From the NCBI GenBank assembly GCA_029861865.1, contig JAOTYL010000011.1:84517-148516 (forward strand): a stretch of 64,000 nucleotides of DNA, written 5' to 3'. The notes beneath the pieces were generated by a model, which was given only the letters and a program-made list of their open reading frames with translations, was not told the origin of the DNA and did not search any database. This stretch comes from Myxococcales bacterium (GTDB lineage: Bacteria > Myxococcota_A > Polyangia > Polyangiales > Houyiibacteriaceae). The position numbers and the translations under genes are program-made. How positions within the stretch are numbered: position 1 is the first letter of the stretch; each line of letters opens with the position of its first letter. This document shows, one piece after another, positions 61,674 through 64,000 of the stretch.

Positions 61674-62671
61674 TTCGATTCATCGCTCAGCGCGCGCTTT
61701 GGGGCTTCCTCGTCGTCGTCTCGGTCGTCACCTTGGTTTTCTTTTTGATCTTCGTGGCAGGCGACCCGGCGGTCACCGTCCTCGGGCCGCAGGCGCGCGC
61801 CGAGCAGATCGCGGATTTCAATGCCAAGAAGGGTCTCGACCGCCCGGTGGGCGAGCAGTTCCTCAGCTATCTAGGCATCCTCCCCTGCGTACGAAAAGAC
61901 TCGCCGAAGTACGAACAAGGAGACGGCTCACGAGGGTATTGCGGCGTTCTTCAGGGCGACCTGGGTGAGTCCTATTCGCATCACGAATCTGTCGCGAGCG
62001 TGATCGGGTTCCGTCTGCCTCGAACACTGCTCCTCGCATCGATGGCGGTGTTGTTCGAGCTCTTCATCGGCCTCACCGCCGGCGTCATCGCAGCCCTCCG
62101 GCGAAACCGTTGGTCCGATACCCTCATCATGTTTGGCACGTTCGTCGGAATCAGTTTGCCGACGTACGTGACCGGCCCGATCGCGCTGCTTGTATTCTCG
62201 TTCTTGCTCGGGTGGTTTCCGTTCGGTGGGTACGGGATCGATCCCTTGGACCACATCTACCACGCATTGCTTCCTGCCTTCATCTTGGCGATCGCTGGCG
62301 CCGCGACTTATGCACGCGTCATGCGTGGCGAGCTGATCGAAACCCTCCGGCACGACCACGTCCGCACTGCGAAGGCCAAGGGCATGCCGCCGAGTCAGGT
62401 CGTCCTCAGGCACGCGATCAGAAACGCGTTGCTTCCCGTGGTCACCCTCGTCGGCCTGAGCCTTCCATTCCTCGTCGGCGGCGCCATCATCACCGAGAAG
62501 ATCTTTGCGTGGCCAGGCCTTGGGCTGCTGACCATCGAATCGATCGAATCACTCGATGCCCCCGTCATCATGGCCGTCGTCCTAATGTTTGGCGTCGCCG
62601 TACAGGTCGGAAACCTGCTCGCCGACATTGCGGTGGCTGCGCTCGACCCGCGCATTCGCTTGAACGATTGA
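61670..62671 (+). CDS. Peptide/nickel ABC transporter permease (DppB/OppB type)
   Basis: The ATG at 61670 (MIRFIAQRALWGFLVVV) overlaps the SBP stop (ATGA). EAA-loop motif: DHVRTAKAKGMPPSQVVLRHAIRNALLPVVT. Confidence 0.85.
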   Translation: MIRFIAQRALWGFLVVVSVVTLVFFLIFVAGDPAVTVLGPQARAEQIADFNAKKGLDRPVGEQFLSYLGILPCVRKDSPKYEQGDGSRGYCGVLQGDLGESYSHHESVASVIGFRLPRTLLLASMAVLFELFIGLTAGVIAALRRNRWSDTLIMFGTFVGISLPTYVTGPIALLVFSFLLGWFPFGGYGIDPLDHIYHALLPAFILAIAGAATYARVMRGELIETLRHDHVRTAKAKGMPPSQVVLRHAIRNALLPVVTLVGLSLPFLVGGAIITEKIFAWPGLGLLTIESIESLDAPVIMAVVLMFGVAVQVGNLLADIAVAALDPRIRLND

Positions 62672-62725
62672 GCTAGGCGATAGCGTGGGGGCGATGGAGA
62701 GGGACCAACCGAGGCCGCAGGCCGT

Positions 62726-63472
62726 CTAGGGTTTCGGTTTCGGGCGCACCGGAAACACCTTGCGGGTCCCGTCCTGCCGGGGTGCGAGGATCTGGAGCGC
62801 TCCGATTTGGATCTTTTTTCGCTGCGCATTGGGGAGCTTGATGATGCAGACACCGTCGCCGGAGAGCCCTTCGATCTTGCAGAGACCAAACTTCGGGTGA
62901 TCCAGCCACTCGCCTCTGACCGGCATGGTTTCAGGGTCCTCGGCGGGCCCGACCTTGGATGCCTCCGCGGCCACTGCCCAGGTGATCGGCCGATCCACGG
63001 CGACCTCCGCGGTCGAGTCAGACGTCCCTTCGGCCTTCGACCAAAGATGAAGCCCGGTCGCCTCGTCATGGCTTCGAGAGAGCGCGAGGTCATCGAAGCA
63101 ATCGATCCGAAACTCGAGCGCGAACACGACTGCATCGACGACGTGGCCGCCATAGGTGACGTCACGACCGTCCTCGCGGCGCGAAACGGTCGCGTGCAAG
63201 TGCCAGAACGGCTCTTTGTCGCGTTCCGAGAGGTTGCCCTGCATCGCCAGGAGCTCGCACTGCTCGAAGCGGTGAGGCTCTTCGTACTTCTGCCCCGACT
63301 GGCTGTACTCCGTAAGGTCGATCCACTCGAAAGCGCCAAGTGCGTTGAGCCACGCTGTTTGAAGGCGGTGCTCATCGACCAGCTCGCGGAGCGCTTCTTG
63401 CAACCCGCGGCCACGAAACACCCGTCCCACGATGCAGCGTGACGCATTGGTCTCAGCCGAAATTATCGTCAT
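62726..63472 (-). CDS. PPC (DUF296)-like domain protein with extra C-terminal domain
   Basis: The N-terminal approximately 130 aa (…GRVFRGRGLQEALRELV…AWLNALGAFEWIDL…LLAMQGNLS…HLHATVS…GGHVVDAVVFALEF) resemble the PPC fold pattern. The C-terminal part reads GEWLDHPKFGLCKIEGL...IKLPN. Assignment by eye only. Confidence 0.4.
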   Translation of the reverse strand: MTIISAETNASRCIVGRVFRGRGLQEALRELVDEHRLQTAWLNALGAFEWIDLTEYSQSGQKYEEPHRFEQCELLAMQGNLSERDKEPFWHLHATVSRREDGRDVTYGGHVVDAVVFALEFRIDCFDDLALSRSHDEATGLHLWSKAEGTSDSTAEVAVDRPITWAVAAEASKVGPAEDPETMPVRGEWLDHPKFGLCKIEGLSGDGVCIIKLPNAQRKKIQIGALQILAPRQDGTRKVFPVRPKPKP

Positions 63473-64000
63473 TCTTGCGATGTCGCACGCGCCAGTCGCT
63501 CATCCTTCGCATCTACTGCGTCGACGAACAGCTTGAAGTACTCTCCTCCGCTCTTGAGCGCGAAGAAAAGGCTCAGGTACAGCAATACGAGGCCCGCGCC
63601 CGCGAAGTCGAGCTCGGTTTGGTAGAAGCCGAAGTCGATGAGGTAGCGGTGGTGGACGATCAACATCAGGATCGCGACCATCTGCAACGCCGTCTTGTCT
63701 TTGCCGGCCCGCATCGCCTCCATCACCAGCCCTTCGCTCATCGCAATCGTTCGAAGCGCCGTGACGGCGAGCTCACGTCCGACCATGATGACGACCGCAA
63801 CGACACCGAGAAACGGCAGGCGGCCGAGGTACGCCAAGAAGACGAGGGTCGCCATCACCAGCAGCTTGTCCGCCAGCGGGTCGAGAAACTTCCCAAGCAC
63901 GCTGATCTGCCCCCACCTCCTCGCCAGATAACCATCGATCAAGTCGGTGAGCGCCGTACCGATGTAGACCATGGCCGCCCAGAAGTTCGCCCTCGGGGTT
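63469..64000 (-). CDS. pgsA: CDP-diacylglycerol--glycerol-3-phosphate 3-phosphatidyltransferase (5' end beyond window)
   Basis: CDP-alcohol phosphatidyltransferase motif DLIDGYLARRWGQISVLGKFLDPLADKLL plus 3 further TM helices. The frame stays open upstream of the M at 63972 to the window edge (…TPRANFWAAMVY). ATGA overlap with the downstream gene. Confidence 0.85.
   Translation of the reverse strand, partial: TPRANFWAAMVYIGTALTDLIDGYLARRWGQISVLGKFLDPLADKLLVMATLVFLAYLGRLPFLGVVAVVIMVGRELAVTALRTIAMSEGLVMEAMRAGKDKTALQMVAILMLIVHHRYLIDFGFYQTELDFAGAGLVLLYLSLFFALKSGGEYFKLFVDAVDAKDERLARATSQE

Noticed and set aside
62395-63447. 350-aa minus-strand ORF overlapping both the DppB-like permease end and the DUF296-like gene in another frame.
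   Set aside because: The translation is extremely Ser/Arg/Thr/Ala-rich and has no structure-like pattern. The alternative 62726..63472 frame gives a globular-looking protein that is ATGA-coupled to pgsA.
1-64000. Prophage, integrative element, toxin-antitoxin or defence-system content.
   Set aside because: - I recognised no integrase, recombinase, transposase, capsid/terminase, restriction-modification, Cas, or nuclease-NTPase defence-type architectures.
- The few AT-richer islets (10.9-11.6 kb, 49.6-49.9 kb, 58.8-59.0 kb) carry no mobility genes.

Overview
High-GC chromosomal segment with dense, mostly translationally coupled operons. I saw no transposase, integrase, CRISPR array, tRNA or rRNA. 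All calls come from reading motifs in the supplied ORF translations and from my own translation of the DNA; no similarity search was possible.

Contents, left to right:
1. 1-10.9 kb: a glycan plus lipid accessory cluster. It holds a CxxC permease, a NodB-type deacetylase, a GT4, a processive QxxRW GT2, an alpha/beta hydrolase, two tandem membrane desaturases, an ACP, a fatty acyl-AMP ligase and a GNAT/FemAB-like acyltransferase.
2. 11.7-31.7 kb: a Glt/Nfs-type (Myxococcus gliding / spore-coat machinery-like) envelope-complex cluster. It has GltC-, GltD/AgmU-, GltE/AglT- and GltF-like proteins, an FHA plus AgmX/PglI-type TonB-like protein (GltG-like), a TPR protein and a 3351-aa TPR giant (GltI/AgmK-like). 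A tandem OM beta-barrel pair (GltA/B-like) sits at 36.4-38.2 kb.
3. Housekeeping genes are interspersed: yraN-like, ftsY, uvrA, pdxA, RNase P RNA (rnpB, found by eye on the minus strand at about 54033-54417) and pgsA (partial).
4. Other units:
- an atypical OmpR-type regulator coupled to pdxA-uvrA
- a GAF protein
- a Dsb/TlpA redox pair
- a thioesterase / TPP-enzyme / HDAC-fusion operon
- a (GGX)n lipoprotein
- a discoidin-domain polytopic membrane protein
- a sigma-region-4-only protein with a MerR-like partner
- an ATPase-less peptide ABC importer

The gene content suggests Myxococcota or a close relative.

Most noteworthy:
- The glycan/lipid cluster has Nod-factor-like logic built from non-orthologous parts.
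- A dispersed (CAGNGY)n hexamer microsatellite family sits at four gene boundaries.
- The Glt-like cluster has an arrangement intermediate between the known Glt and Nfs layouts.
- An HDAC is fused to an unknown roughly 290-aa domain inside a tightly coupled three-gene operon.
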